Assembly (NCBI RefSeq): GCF_009914755.1 | Contig: NC_060938.1 | Source of the DNA: the human T2T-CHM13v2.0 reference genome, Homo sapiens | Strand: one strand, 5' to 3' | DNA length: 64,000 nt | Shown: piece by piece, positions 1-11,856 of the stretch | How positions within the stretch are numbered: position 1 is the first letter of the stretch | How the letters are laid out: each line of letters opens with the position of its first letter | Notes under the pieces: model-generated | Told to the model about the DNA's origin: nothing | Database searches by the model: none | Seen by the model: the letters and a program-made list of their open reading frames with translations, nothing else | Made by a program: the position numbers and the translations under genes

Positions 1-233
1 TCCCAAAATGGCACAAGAGGCTAGGCCTTTATACCCTGACATGGAACAATCAGTGGATGTGAATTGCTCTGGGAAGGGGACATCCCCTTAGGTGAAGATG
101 CTCTCTTCAACTGAGGTCAAGTACCAGAGAGGGACACAACACTCTCAACCACAGACTCTCCCAAATCCTGGGAAAAATGGCCACCTAAGTCCTCAAGGGG
201 AAATCTGGGCAGCGCATTTTAGTATCTACTACA
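1..233 (-). mobile_element. ERVL LTR, LTR16-like, cut by window edge
   Basis: Reverse complement begins TGTAGTAGATACT...GCTGCCCAGATTTCCCCTT, resembling the LTR16 5' end. Confidence 0.6.
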
Positions 234-249
234 GGAAGAGTGTATAATA

Positions 250-505
250 AGAAGGCAGCATGATAGATTTGGGAACAGATGAGCTTTGAATTTAGACAGA
301 CCTACATTCAAAGATTGGATCAGACAATGACAAAATATGATAACCCTAGCCAAATTGTTTAACCTTTAGAAGTCTCTGCTTTCCCATCTGAAAACTGGGA
401 ATGAGAATATCTCCCTCACTCTGCTGTTGTGATTATTAAGTTAGACATTATATATAATATGCTCCCATTGTGCCTGGCACATGTTAGATGTTCAATAAGC
501 ATTGG
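250..505 (+). mobile_element. MIR SINE
   Basis: Core CTTTCCCATCTGAAAACTGGGAATGAGAATA and 3' TGTGCCTGGCACATGTTAGATGTTCAATAAG. Confidence 0.8.
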
Positions 506-1148
506 TTCTATACTCCTCACTGCTCATTTTATACAAAAAGAAAATTAGTCAACTAATTTTTTGAGCATCTACTACCTTCTGAGCACTATGCTAGTACTGT
601 TAGAGGGTAAGAATAAATATAAAGCATGTCCCTGTCCTGAAGTACTTATCACTTAGTTAGAACAAATAAGACTAACACAAATAAAATCAGTGCAAATAAT
701 AACATTATAAAATCATTGAATATTAAATTAAATGTTTGTTTGTAGAAAAAGATCAATGACAGCCAGACTAATCAGGCAAGGAACAAACAAACAAGTTTTA
801 TCAAAGAAGTAATTCTTGACATGGGCTTTAAAGGGCAGGTCAAATTTAAGTACTTGGCAAGAGAAATAAAACATTCTGAAGAGGGAATCCTTACAGAGAC
901 AGAAGAGAAAGAGCAGGGCTTTCTCTGATTTGAGTGTCATTGTGTATTTGGAACTACGCAATTTTGAATAGCCATTCATAAACTGCCACCCTGCAGTTCA
1001 GCCTAATCCCTCTAGAGCTGTTGAAAAGCTGACTCTCTTTAACCTATTAAAATAACATGGGACTAGTGAAAACTGAGAATGTGTGTCAGAAAGAGTGAAA
1101 CCAACGTTTATTTGTATGGGTACACATTGATCCCTGACTTCTACTCAC

Positions 1149-1320
1149 CTTCATTTTGCACCTTACTCCCCTATTAGAAAAGTCACTTGCACACTAAATC
1201 TGGTTTATGCAACTACTAAAATGCTTAGTCATAGGCTGAATTGTATTAGCATGAGCTGTGTGCAGATAAGTCCTTCCTTGACTTCCTGTATATCTGGCAC
1301 TGATCTGCTACTGTCAGGAT
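1149..1320 (-). other. Candidate spliced non-coding exon (172 nt)
   Basis: Minus-strand acceptor cctttgcccttcag| at 1321 and donor AAG|GTGAGT at 1148; no transcript evidence available. Confidence 0.25.
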
Positions 1321-2045
1321 CTGAAGGGCAAAGGCCATGTTTTGTTCATTTCTGTATTCTCAGCATCCAACATAGGAATGATTACCTAATCAGGAATGGA
1401 CAAAATGAATTTGATGGCAGTGAGTGAATTTACCTAATCAGAGCATGTTGTAAAGTAAAAGCATAAAAGATCATCAGACAGGTAGTGAAATTATGAAAGA
1501 CATTGACAAGTGTCAAGTAGGTAAGGTAGCTCAGACGTGAAGTAAGAGTGATTGTGATTTTGAATCAGAAGAGTTATATAATCAAAGTTGTTTAAGGTGG
1601 AATTATTTAATAGCCAATTATAAGATAGAAGAGACAGCAAGAAGCTATAGGGGAAAAAAACAGACAATTTTACTGGTAAGTTGGATGTAATTTACCAATT
1701 ATAATTAGATAAAAAGTTTAATAGTACAAAGACAGCTCCTGGATGAAAGTTCAAGACATAAGAAAATGTGAAAGTCACAGGCACAGATTTAACAGTTGAA
1801 ACCAGTATAATAAATGTGTTCTCCAAAAATGGGAATTAGAAGGAGAGAACTCCAAACTCAGAACTAAGCCTTGGGGAATTCTCACAGTTGATCAGATACA
1901 CAGTAAGAAAGACCTGGCATTGACTAGAAATAAAAAAGAAAGGAGTGGTTCCATGAGGGTGGAGGTGACCAAGCATACCAGAAGTTACCAAAAGGCCCAG
2001 AGTAGTCAAAAACTCACTAGAATTAGTATTTAAAAAACCCCTTTG

Positions 2046-2360
2046 GGCCGGGTGCAGTGGCTCATGCCTGTAATCCCAGCACTTTGGGAGGCTGAGGCAG
2101 GCAGATCACTAGGTCAGGAGTTCAAGACCAGCCTGGCCAGCATGGTGAAACCCCATCTCTACTAAAAAATACAAAAAATCAGCCAGGCCTGGTGACGGGC
2201 ACCAGTAACCCCACCTATTCAGGAGGCTGAGGCAGGAGAATCGCTTGAACCTGGGAGGCAGAGGTTACAGTGTGCTGGGATCGCACCATGGCACTCAGGC
2301 TGGGCGACAGTATAACGAGACTCTGTCAAAAAAACAAACAAACAAACAAACAAACAAAAA
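2046..2360 (+). mobile_element. AluS (Sg-like) with (AAAC)n tail
   Basis: GGCCGGGTGCAGTGGCTCA start, both monomers, GATCACTAGGTCAGGAGTTC diagnostic spacing. Confidence 0.95.
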
Positions 2361-2463
2361 CACCTCCTTTATGCCCTTTGAAAAAGTAATTGAAATTGAT
2401 GGGACTGGAATGCTAAAGGCTGGGTAAGGAAGCAGGTAGAGAAGACATGGAGGTCATGGGCAT

Positions 2464-2859
2464 TGTGATGATTACTTTTATGTGTCAACATGGCTAGGCA
2501 ATGATACCAAGTTGTTTGGTCAAACACTAGTCTAGGTGTGGCTGTGAAAATATTTTTAGATGTAATTAATGTTTACATTAACAGACTGAGTAAAACAGTT
2601 TACCCTACATAATGTGGATAAGTCTCATCCCATCTGTCAAAGGCCCTAAGAGAAAAGACTGAGGTCCCCTGAAGAAGAAGGAATTCTGTCTCTGATCTTC
2701 CTTTAGACTCAAGACTATAAAATCAAATTTTCCCTGGGTCTCCAGCTTACTGGTCTCAGATTTGCTAGCCTCCACAATCAAATGAGACAATTCCTTCAAA
2801 TAAGTATCTATTTATCCATCCTATTGGTCTTGTTGTTCTGGAGAACCCTCAATAAAACA
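2464..2859 (+). mobile_element. MLT2-family (ERVL) solo LTR
   Basis: TGTGATG..TTTTATGTGTCAAC start, CTGGAGAACCCT..ACA end, 5-bp TSD GGCAT/GGTAT. Confidence 0.85.
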
Positions 2860-3289
2860 GGTATCAACCATAATTTGATACAGTTTAAAGTGAAAAGCGA
2901 TAAACAATAGTAGAGGAGCAGGAAATAATATTGTTTCTGAGATATGGAAGATAAATTTGAGTAAGAGGACTTAAGATTGCACTTTGCAGATACATATTGT
3001 AGCCCAGGTCCTGTCCACCAATTAGGAGAGACAGTTGACTCTATCCAATGAGGTCAGAGCATCCCCAAATCCACCTAAGACAAGGACCACATCCAAATCA
3101 GTTCAGGTAAAGGTTTAATGGACCATTCTCATCACAGGGCTTCTGTGATTAATTCTTTGGACAAAATGTGTACAGCTAGATTCACTGTGTTTCATTCTTT
3201 GTTATTCATTACCATTCCCAAAGTGTAGCACCATCTTACTGTACACTAAATGTCTGTATTCTCACTTCCATTATGCTTTACACTTTCTT

Positions 3290-3540
3290 TTTCACTGAAC
3301 AAACCTCACATTGCATACTTGTCACCCGGTTATATCCAGGTCAGATGTCACTGAGATATGTTCCTAAGCACCTTTACATCCTTTATTTTAACATCTGTTA
3401 TACTACTTTGTCATCACTATTTACTTGTATATATCTTACACTGGATTGTAAACTCCATGAGACCAGGCAGTGTTTAGCAGCACCCTGATAAGCACTTGAC
3501 AGATGTTTGTTTTATGATAGAATAAATGAAATGAATGAAC
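3290..3540 (+). mobile_element. L2 3' end
   Basis: CTGGATTGTAAACTCCATGAGACCAGG and TGAA-type tail. Confidence 0.65.
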
Positions 3541-3685
3541 AAAGTTTTAATAAATCCATCAGTACTTCTATAAGAAAAGTTGTAACAGGAAATGGAAAGT
3601 ATACTCATATCAGTAAAACTCTATAACAGTTTAATTATAAAATATGAATTACAATGAAGTAGACAGAAAATGGGATATTACAAAG

Positions 3686-3856
3686 CAAGCTTGTCCAACC
3701 TTTGGCCCAACACAAATTTGTAAACTTTCTTAAAATATTATGAGATATTTTTGTGAATTTGTTTAGCTCATTAGCTACCATTAGTGTATTTTATGTGTGG
3801 CCTAAGACAATTCTTCTTCCAGTGTGGTCCAGGGAAGCCAAAAGATTGGACACTCT
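3686..3856 (-). mobile_element. MER30 (hAT-Charlie MITE)
   Basis: TGTCCAA / TTGGACA termini and CAGGGAAGCCAAAAGATTGGACAC. Confidence 0.85.
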
Positions 3857-3869
3857 TTCTATAAAGGAA

Positions 3870-4240
3870 TCATCCAAGAACCTGGACCTTTCAACAGAAG
3901 ATTTGTTGCCAACCTAGACCTAAAGCAAGAAGGTAAGGGAGAGATTGCTAGAACCTAGATACAAAGAGACTCAGGGGTAGAACAGGTCACAATATGAGGA
4001 ATAGTGAACATATTCATCAATGGACACAACTGGCCCAAGACTACCTCCTAGGGAGGAAACTTGGGAAATAATGTCTTGATTTGTTTCCTCCCTCCTTCTA
4101 GTATTTTCTTGGGGAATCCCATTGGCTGGAACCATGAGAACCTATTGATACCTTCCATACAGGTCAACTCCTGCAGCAGACAGCAAGGTAGAAATAAGTC
4201 AAAAATGTATCTGAGAGGAAAGCAGATATCTATCTGGTTT
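3870..4240 (-). mobile_element. Old ERVL-type LTR fragment
   Basis: CCCATTGGCTGGAACC...CATACAGGTCAACTCC...ATCTGAGAGG pattern typical of LTR33/LTR67-like elements. Confidence 0.4.
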
Positions 4241-5130
4241 AATGCCATTTACAACTGAGAATTGGATCTTTTAGCACTCAATAAACAAAGTTTCTCAAAT
4301 GTTTCCTCATATTTTCTGCTAGAAATGCCTTTGTCTTCTTTCCAACAAAGAAATGGTTTAATCCTTCAAAGCCTGAGTCAGAAATATCCTTCCCAGTATC
4401 TTCTCCAGTCCTCTTCCAGATAATATTAATTGTAATATATACAAATGATGCCATAGCATCTTTCTAGAATAATTATGGTGGCAGTAATGGTGGAAATAAT
4501 CACAGTAGTTAACACTTATTTAAAATGTATTATGTGCTGGGCACTTTTTTGCTTTACGTATATATACATACGTGATCTTATTTAATCTTTAATTTACAAT
4601 CCATGGGACATATCCACATTTCACAAATAAGGAAACTGAAGACAAGAATCTAATTTACTAAACTTAATCCTTTAAATAATGTAGATGATAAAATCAGAAT
4701 GTGAATCTCTCTCTCTCTCTCTCTGTCTCTCTCACTTATTCCAAAAGCCTGTGCCTTTTAACAGCTCACTGTTACTGCCATGAGTTGTGTGGCTACATAC
4801 TAGGCTAATAGGTTCACATGAGAAGGGGCCATGTCCTACTCATTTTGTAAACTGCAGTGTTTTGTGTAGTGTCTGCTCCATAACAGACATCCACAAATGT
4901 TCCTAGAATTAAATATGAATGGTATAGAGAAAACAAACAAAAAGAGATTATAGAATCAAAGCACATTTATCAACCGTAAATAATAGAAAAATACAAACTA
5001 TAGAATGAAAGAAAAGCAGGCAAAAGCTAAGTACAAGAAACAGTCATTGCTCTTTTCCTAGACATGCAGTAGGTTTACTTTGATCCACTTCTCTCAGCTG
5101 GATTCAAGTTAATATTTCTTTTCTACTCAC

Positions 5131-5397
5131 TATTTTGCTAAGAGCCATAAGATCAGCTTTTTTGAGTTTGAAACAGCCAGTCTCCCTTTTCTTGGAACAG
5201 TCTTCTCCTGAAGCAAAACCTCTCTTTTGGAGCAAAGCTTCCCTCCTAGGTTTCTTTGTTCTGCCAGTGCCGAGTCTCTTTGAGCCTCTCTCTGCAGCAG
5301 GTCTGGAACCAATACTTCCCCATTCTTTTGAAAGGCTTAGCAAGTTGTCTCTCTTCCGGGTTGCCCTTGCAGTGCTGGAGGCCTGTGCAGTCTCTGT
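5131..5397 (-). other. Candidate internal exon, 267 nt, open in phase 0 (89 aa, K/R-rich)
   Basis: tttag| acceptor at 5398 (weak pyrimidine tract), ATA|GTGAGT donor at 5130, unique sequence of higher GC than flanks, no stop in frame. Confidence 0.35.
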
Positions 5398-5459
5398 CTA
5401 AACTCATTTCAGTAAAACCCCTCCAGAAAAAGCTAGTTGCATATTTAAGCTGGTTAACT

Positions 5460-5759
5460 TTTTTTTTTTTTTTTTTTTTTGAGGGGGAGTCTCACTCTGT
5501 CGCAAGGCTGGAGTGTAGTGGCTCGATCTTGGCTCACTGCAACCTCCACTTCCTAGGTTTAAGCGATTCTTCTGCCTCAGCCTCCTGAATAGCTGGGATT
5601 ACAGGCGTGCACCACCACACCAGGTTAATTTTTGTATTTTCAGTAGTGAAGTGGTTTCAGAATGTTGGCCAGGATGGTCTCAATCTCCTGACCTTGTGAT
5701 CTGCCTGCCTCAGCCTCCCAAAGTGCTGGGATGACAAGTGTGAGCCACTGCACCTGGCC
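5460..5759 (-). mobile_element. AluSc-like
   Basis: Poly-T, full dimer, TSD TGGTTAACT/TGGCTAACT. Confidence 0.95.
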
Positions 5760-7359
5760 TGGCTAACTATTTTTGAAGGTAGGAATATTTTGATATAGAA
5801 CTAATATCTTACATAAAAAATAAATCACTTTACTACACACAACTTCTTCACAAGCAATGCAGATAGATACAGGACTCAACTTCAGTGATAGGTAGAAAAT
5901 GAATCTAGTGATTACAAACTTAAAATTTGGAAAGGATTTTAGGCATCTTTCAGAGCAACTGCCTACTTAATGAAGAAATTTCTATTGCAGTAAACTAGGA
6001 GTTAGTTGTCCAGAACGAAAATCCTACTTTGAAAAAAAAAAAAAAAAAAAAGAGCCTGATTCTCTGTAGGCAGCTCTGTTAACAGAGTAGTTTTTAATTA
6101 AGCAAAAATCTCCCTCTCCTGAAATTTATTAATTATCTAAAATAACATTGACTAACCCTGCTCAATTCATGGGAAGTGTGCTAGATGCTGCATTATGTGT
6201 AATATTTATCTGCTAAAATGCTGTGCAGTAGCTCTACTCGATTTCCTATGTTGTCAGTTGAGTGGTCCAAAAGTGAACTTGGAGTAGAAGATGGTAGAGA
6301 GCCTGCTGGTGTGGGCAGTAGGATATGACATGTTAGAGGAGGACAAGGTGAGAAAGTGGAATAAGTTTTACATTATGGAAATAGAAAGCCAATGAAGAGC
6401 ACATCAAAAAGAGGTAGGAGGAGAGAAGACATTTGGGTGTGGGTGATCATGGTTGGGGTTGGGTGTGAACTGGATGGTGAGAGGCAGATGCAATAAGCAA
6501 AATAAATTTTCCCAAGAGTTACAGATTAACAGGAGTAGAAGGTATGTTGGAATGGAAAGCAAAATACATTTCTATATAATTATAGGTCTTGAAATAGAAG
6601 CATTTCATAAATTTTCTCCATCTCTCTTTTACACATAATAACTGTTTTCCATTTGTTTAGTGGTGCTAGACCTACAGAGTGCCACTCCCTCATTTCTCAC
6701 TCCTTCAACCCGCAAACATTATGGTTATTGGTGGAATCTGAAAGTAGCAGGGACAGCAGGGAGGAGACAGTACACCATGCTGTCTGCCCACCAGGATTGA
6801 CCTGTCCCACGATCAGGCAGCTTTGTTTGATCTACTCAGTTATCATCGTCCTCCTTCATTATATAAACAGATGCATATAAAATGTTCTTATTGGCACCAA
6901 ATCAAAGTGGCCTAAATAGATAGCAAGTAGTTTTATCTAATTCCTATCAGAAAAAAAATCCAGTGTTCAAAACCATTGTCATTATTTTTAATAAGTAGCC
7001 TCCTAGACTTAAAAAATATATATTCTAAATATTGGATAATCTCCCTAACAACATGAACATATACTGAAGTATTATTTATCTTTCTTTATTATCTATATTT
7101 ATCTCACTATCTATTGATATTATATATCTAAAGAAATTTTCTGATCATATTATCCTTATTTATAACCCCAAACATGGACAAACTTATTAAAATATGTGTT
7201 TCTATACTTACATTTTATTATCCTTTCTCCAATTTCTCACTCTATTTTCCCCTCAACCTACTCCATTCAAACTACTTTAGTGAACCATTTTCATTGAGTT
7301 CACAGATGACAAAAATGAATGCCTCTTTTTGTTTCTTAAGTTTATTTTAAACATAGTAA

Positions 7360-8290
7360 GTACTATTGCTATGACACTCAAAAATGTACAAAAAGGGTCA
7401 AAATAAAATTTCCTCCCTACCTCTGCACGTACCGTTCAGTTCTCCTCCCTAGAATAAATTACTATGCAGGTTTTTAGACATGCATCTGATGATATTTAAT
7501 ACTCATACAGAGATTTTCTTTTTACATTTTGCTTTAATGCTAGCTTGCACTCTTCTGTCCATTTCTTTTTTAACCTATTATATGCTATGATCTAAGTGTT
7601 TGTGTCCTTTCAAAATTCGTGTATTGAAATCCTAACCCCTATTAAGAGGTAGAACATTTGGAAAGTGATGGTCATGCTTTTGTAAATAGAATTAGAGCCC
7701 TTAAAAAGTGGCCTGAGAAAGACTCCTTACCCCTTCCATCGTGTGAGGTCACAGCAAGAAAGCACCATCTATGAACCAGGAAGTGGGCCTCACCTGACAC
7801 CAAACCTTCCTGCACCTTGATTTTGGATTTTTCGGGCTCTAGAATTCTGAGAAATAAATTTATGCTCTTCGTAAGTTACCCAGTTTATAATATTTTATTA
7901 TAGAAGACTGAACAGACTAAGACATATATCTTCAACATTATTTCATATAAATACATAAAACAAAATTTCCTATACTTTTCCTCTTCCATTGTGTAATTTT
8001 ATTATTTATTTAATAAGTCCACCATTGATAAACATTTTACTATTTTCAATCTTTTGCTATTACCAATTATGCTACAATGAATAACTTGTACACATGTCAT
8101 TTAAAACATGTTGGAGTTTACAGGATAATTTTTTTGAAATTGAATTGCCAGGTTAAAGAATGTATTTATTTTTATCTTTGCAATATACTGCTAAATTGCA
8201 CTTCATATAAACCATACCAATTTATACTGTTTCCCAATACTTTTGTCAGTATAGTGTGTTGTCGATCTTTAGATGTTTACCAGTCTAAGA
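7360..8290 (-). mobile_element. Old L1M (L1ME-like) 3' region, interrupted by MLT1A
   Basis: CCACCATTGATAAACATTTT...CAATCTTTTGCTATTACCAATTATGCTACAATGAATAAC. Confidence 0.7.
7583..7924 (+). mobile_element. MLT1A-family MaLR LTR
   Basis: TGCTATG..AGTGTTTGTGTCC start, GACTAAGACA end. Confidence 0.85.
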
Positions 8291-8292
8291 AA

Positions 8293-8440
8293 TGGCTCAG
8301 ACCTGTAATCCCAGCACTTTGGGAGGCCGAGGTGGGTGGATCACGAGATCAGGAGTTCAAGACCAGCCTGACCAAGATAGTGAAACCCCGTCTCTTCTAA
8401 AAATACAAAAATTAGCCGGGTGTGGTGGAGGGCGCCTGTA
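8293..8440 (+). mobile_element. Alu fragment (left monomer plus start of right), no tail
   Basis: TGGCTCAGACCTGTAATCCCAGC...GGGCGCCTGTA then abrupt end. Confidence 0.9.
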
Positions 8441-8579
8441 TGTGTGTGTTCCTGGTAACTTGCAAGACTTTTTTTTCTAGTTAAAAGGAAGAATGATTTT
8501 CAAGTGGTTATTTCCACCATTATGATTTAACATAAGGACTACAAAGTTTATCAGAGTTGTACACTTAAATAATTACTTA

Positions 8580-8987
<408 letters not shown>

Positions 8988-9815
8988 TTACCTTTATTAG
9001 TATTTAACATTTTACTATTAAATATCTTTGTATTTCTATTACTAGTTTATCAGTTTTAAGGGTGTATTGTATTTCATGGCTATTTTATTTATAGCCATGG
9101 AATAAAATCAACGATCACATTTACCTTTTTTTCTGTATACTATCACTTTCTTCCCAAGTTTTCTTAGTTATATAAGTTATTTATTGTCAAGATTTATGAC
9201 AATTACACTCTATTCTATAACTATAAACTTCACATTTTTGATTATTAATTCTATAATCCTAATATTCTGAATCTTCCAATTGTAGCCCTACAGTCATAGC
9301 CCTACAGTTCTAACATCGGAATCTTGTATTCCTGATGCTTTTCAGGAAGTCTTTCTATTCATTTCTTGATTATCTGAATATCAACCTCTAGTAATGTCTT
9401 CAAAAAGATTTCATTGTAATTACATTATCTGTGGTCTTGCATGTTATAAAACGTATGTTGCCTTTATCGTAGAAAAGAGGTGCTGCTATGCTGTCTTCTA
9501 GCATTGAATATTGCTGTGGAGAAGTCTGGTTATGGTGAAACCATCAGAAAACATAGAACGATTTAGGCTAGATTGCAGAAAAACAATAGATATTAACATT
9601 CCTATGTATTTGGGAATACAGACTGTCTATGGGACTGTTTTTGTTGCTGCTGTTATTGTCAAAATATTTACTCTTATATCATGCTTTCATGAAAATTGGC
9701 ATGCATTAAATATACTGTTCAATACCAAAAAGCAAATGTTAAGCAATGGGTACTACAGCATTACACATTTAACATTTGGAAAAACAAAAACCAAAAAGAA
9801 AAAAAATCCATTCTC

Positions 9816-10978
9816 ATTAAAGACTTAAGTGTAAAACCCAAAACTATAAAAATCCTAGAAGAAAATCTAGGCATCAGCATTTAGGACATATGCATGGGCA
9901 AAGATTTCATGATGAAAATGTCAAAAGCAATTGCAACAAAAGCAAAAATTGACAAATAGGATTTAATTAAACTAAAGAGCTTCTGCACAGCAAAAGAAAC
10001 TATCATCGGAGTGAACAGACAAACTACAGAACAGGAGAAATTTTTTGCAACTTATCCATCTGACAAAGGTCTAATATCCAGAGTCTACAAGGAACTTAAA
10101 CAAATTTACATGTAAAAAACAAACGATCCCATTAGAAACTGGGCAAAGGAGATGAACAGACATTTCTCAAAAGAAAACATTTATGCGGCCAACCAACATG
10201 AAAAAAAGCTCAACATCACTGACCATTAGAGAAATGCAAATCAAAACCAGAATGATGTACGATCTCATGCCATTCAGAATGACGATTACTAAAAAGTCAA
10301 GAAAAAACAGATGTTGGCAGGGCTGCAGAGAAATAGGAATGCTTTTACACAGTTGGTGGGAAAGCAAATTAGTTCAACCATTGTGGAAGACAGTGTGGCA
10401 ATTCCTCAAAGACCTAGAAACAGAAATACCATTTGACCCAGCAATCCCATTACTGGTATACCCAAAGGAATGTAAATTATTCTATTATAAAGATATATGC
10501 ATGTGTATGTTCATTGCAGCACTATTCACAATAGCAAAGACATGGAATCAACCCAAATGTCCATAAATGATAGACTGGATAAAGAAAATGTGGTACATAT
10601 ACACCAGGGAATACTATGCAACCACAAAAAGGAATGAGATCATGTTCTTTCCAGGAACATGGATGGAGCTGGAAGCCATTATCCTCAGCAAACTAATGCA
10701 GGAACAGAAAACCAAACACCATATATTCTTACTCATAAGTGGGAACTGAACAATGAGAACACATGGTCACAGGGAGAGAAACAACACAGTGTGAGTCCTG
10801 TCCAGGGATGGGAGGGAGGGAGAGCATCAAGAAAAATAGCTGATGTATGCTGGGTTTAATAGCTAGGTGATGGGTTGATAGGCACAGCTGGCCACCATGG
10901 CATACTTTTACCTATGTAACAAGCCTGCACATCCTGCACATATACCCCAGAACTTAATATAAAATAAAATTTATAAAA
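9816..10978 (+). mobile_element. 5'-truncated older L1PA (about PA13-15): ORF2 C-terminus and 3'UTR
   Basis: ORFs 10183-10749 translate to broken L1 ORF2 C-terminal motifs (LVQPLWKTVW, KTWNQPKCP, DWIKKMWYIYT); L1PA 3'UTR and A-rich tail. Confidence 0.95.
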
Positions 10979-11289
10979 TTAATCCTCTGTACTGTAGAAT
11001 TCTTGCTGTTAAACCCAGTGATATCTAACTTGAGTTTTCTGTCACAAAGATTGCACAAGCAGCCCGTAGTCTGCCCTGAATTAAGCTATAATTCTGGCAT
11101 AATAAGGTCATACTTTTCTTCTACTGAAAATCAGAGAGTGCTAAACATTTCTAACATCTCTCAGTTTATTTCTTCCCCTAATTCACTTGCTGCATTACTT
11201 TATTTTGTTTTAGTGAGTCAGTAGAGATCTTTCCTTTAATCACCAAGAAAATCATTTTGTGTTCTAGTATATCCAAAACTTATTTTACT

Positions 11290-11530
11290 AAGTAGTAAGT
11301 GCCTGGCATCATACTAAGCCTTTTAATACACTTTATAGTTAAATAGCATATTTAATCCCAACAATAAAAATAAGGTAAGTACTGTCAATATACACATTTT
11401 ACAGAAAAGAAAATTGAGTACCACAAAGTTTAATTAAGTAGCTCACCTAAGATCAAGCAGCTAGACAATACAGAGCCATAATTAAGCCTGGCATTCTGAT
11501 TCCAGAACCCAAGTGCTTTAAACTTCACTG
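11290..11530 (-). mobile_element. MIR
   Basis: CATTTTACAGAAAAGAAAATTGAG...TCTGATTCCAGAACCCAAGTGCTTTAAAC. Confidence 0.75.
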
Positions 11531-11817
11531 CTATTTGAACACAGTCACCAGCTAGCATCTGGGATTACAGTGTTACTAATGTACTTTTCATCATGTATAC
11601 TTTTGATATCATTGAGAGAGGGATGTTGTGGCTTATCATTGGACCCACAGATTTCCTCATTCTGGTGCATATTTATACCAGATATAATTGTTAACCCAGA
11701 AAAATGGGTGCATTTCAGTCAAAACAGTTATTCGGTGTTTGCTATTGTTTGAAATTTTCACTTTTCAACTCATTGGGTGTTAGTATCTCATGGGAGGTTA
11801 TTCAAGAATAAAAGGTG

Positions 11818-11818
<1 letters not shown>

Positions 11819-11854
<36 letters not shown>
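11819..11854. repeat. (AC)18 microsatellite
   Basis: Direct read. Confidence 0.99.

Positions 11855-11856
<2 letters not shown>

Noticed and set aside
6032-6051. Orphan A20 tract, and A25 at 18919-18943, as processed-pseudogene tails
   Set aside because: No TSD, polyadenylation signal or recognisable upstream cDNA or small RNA
9283-9308. TAGCCCTACAGT duplicated with a 14-bp period
   Set aside because: Ordinary slippage duplication in old repeat-derived DNA
10183-10749. L1 ORF2-like ORFs
   Set aside because: Frameshifted fragments of a 5'-truncated dead L1
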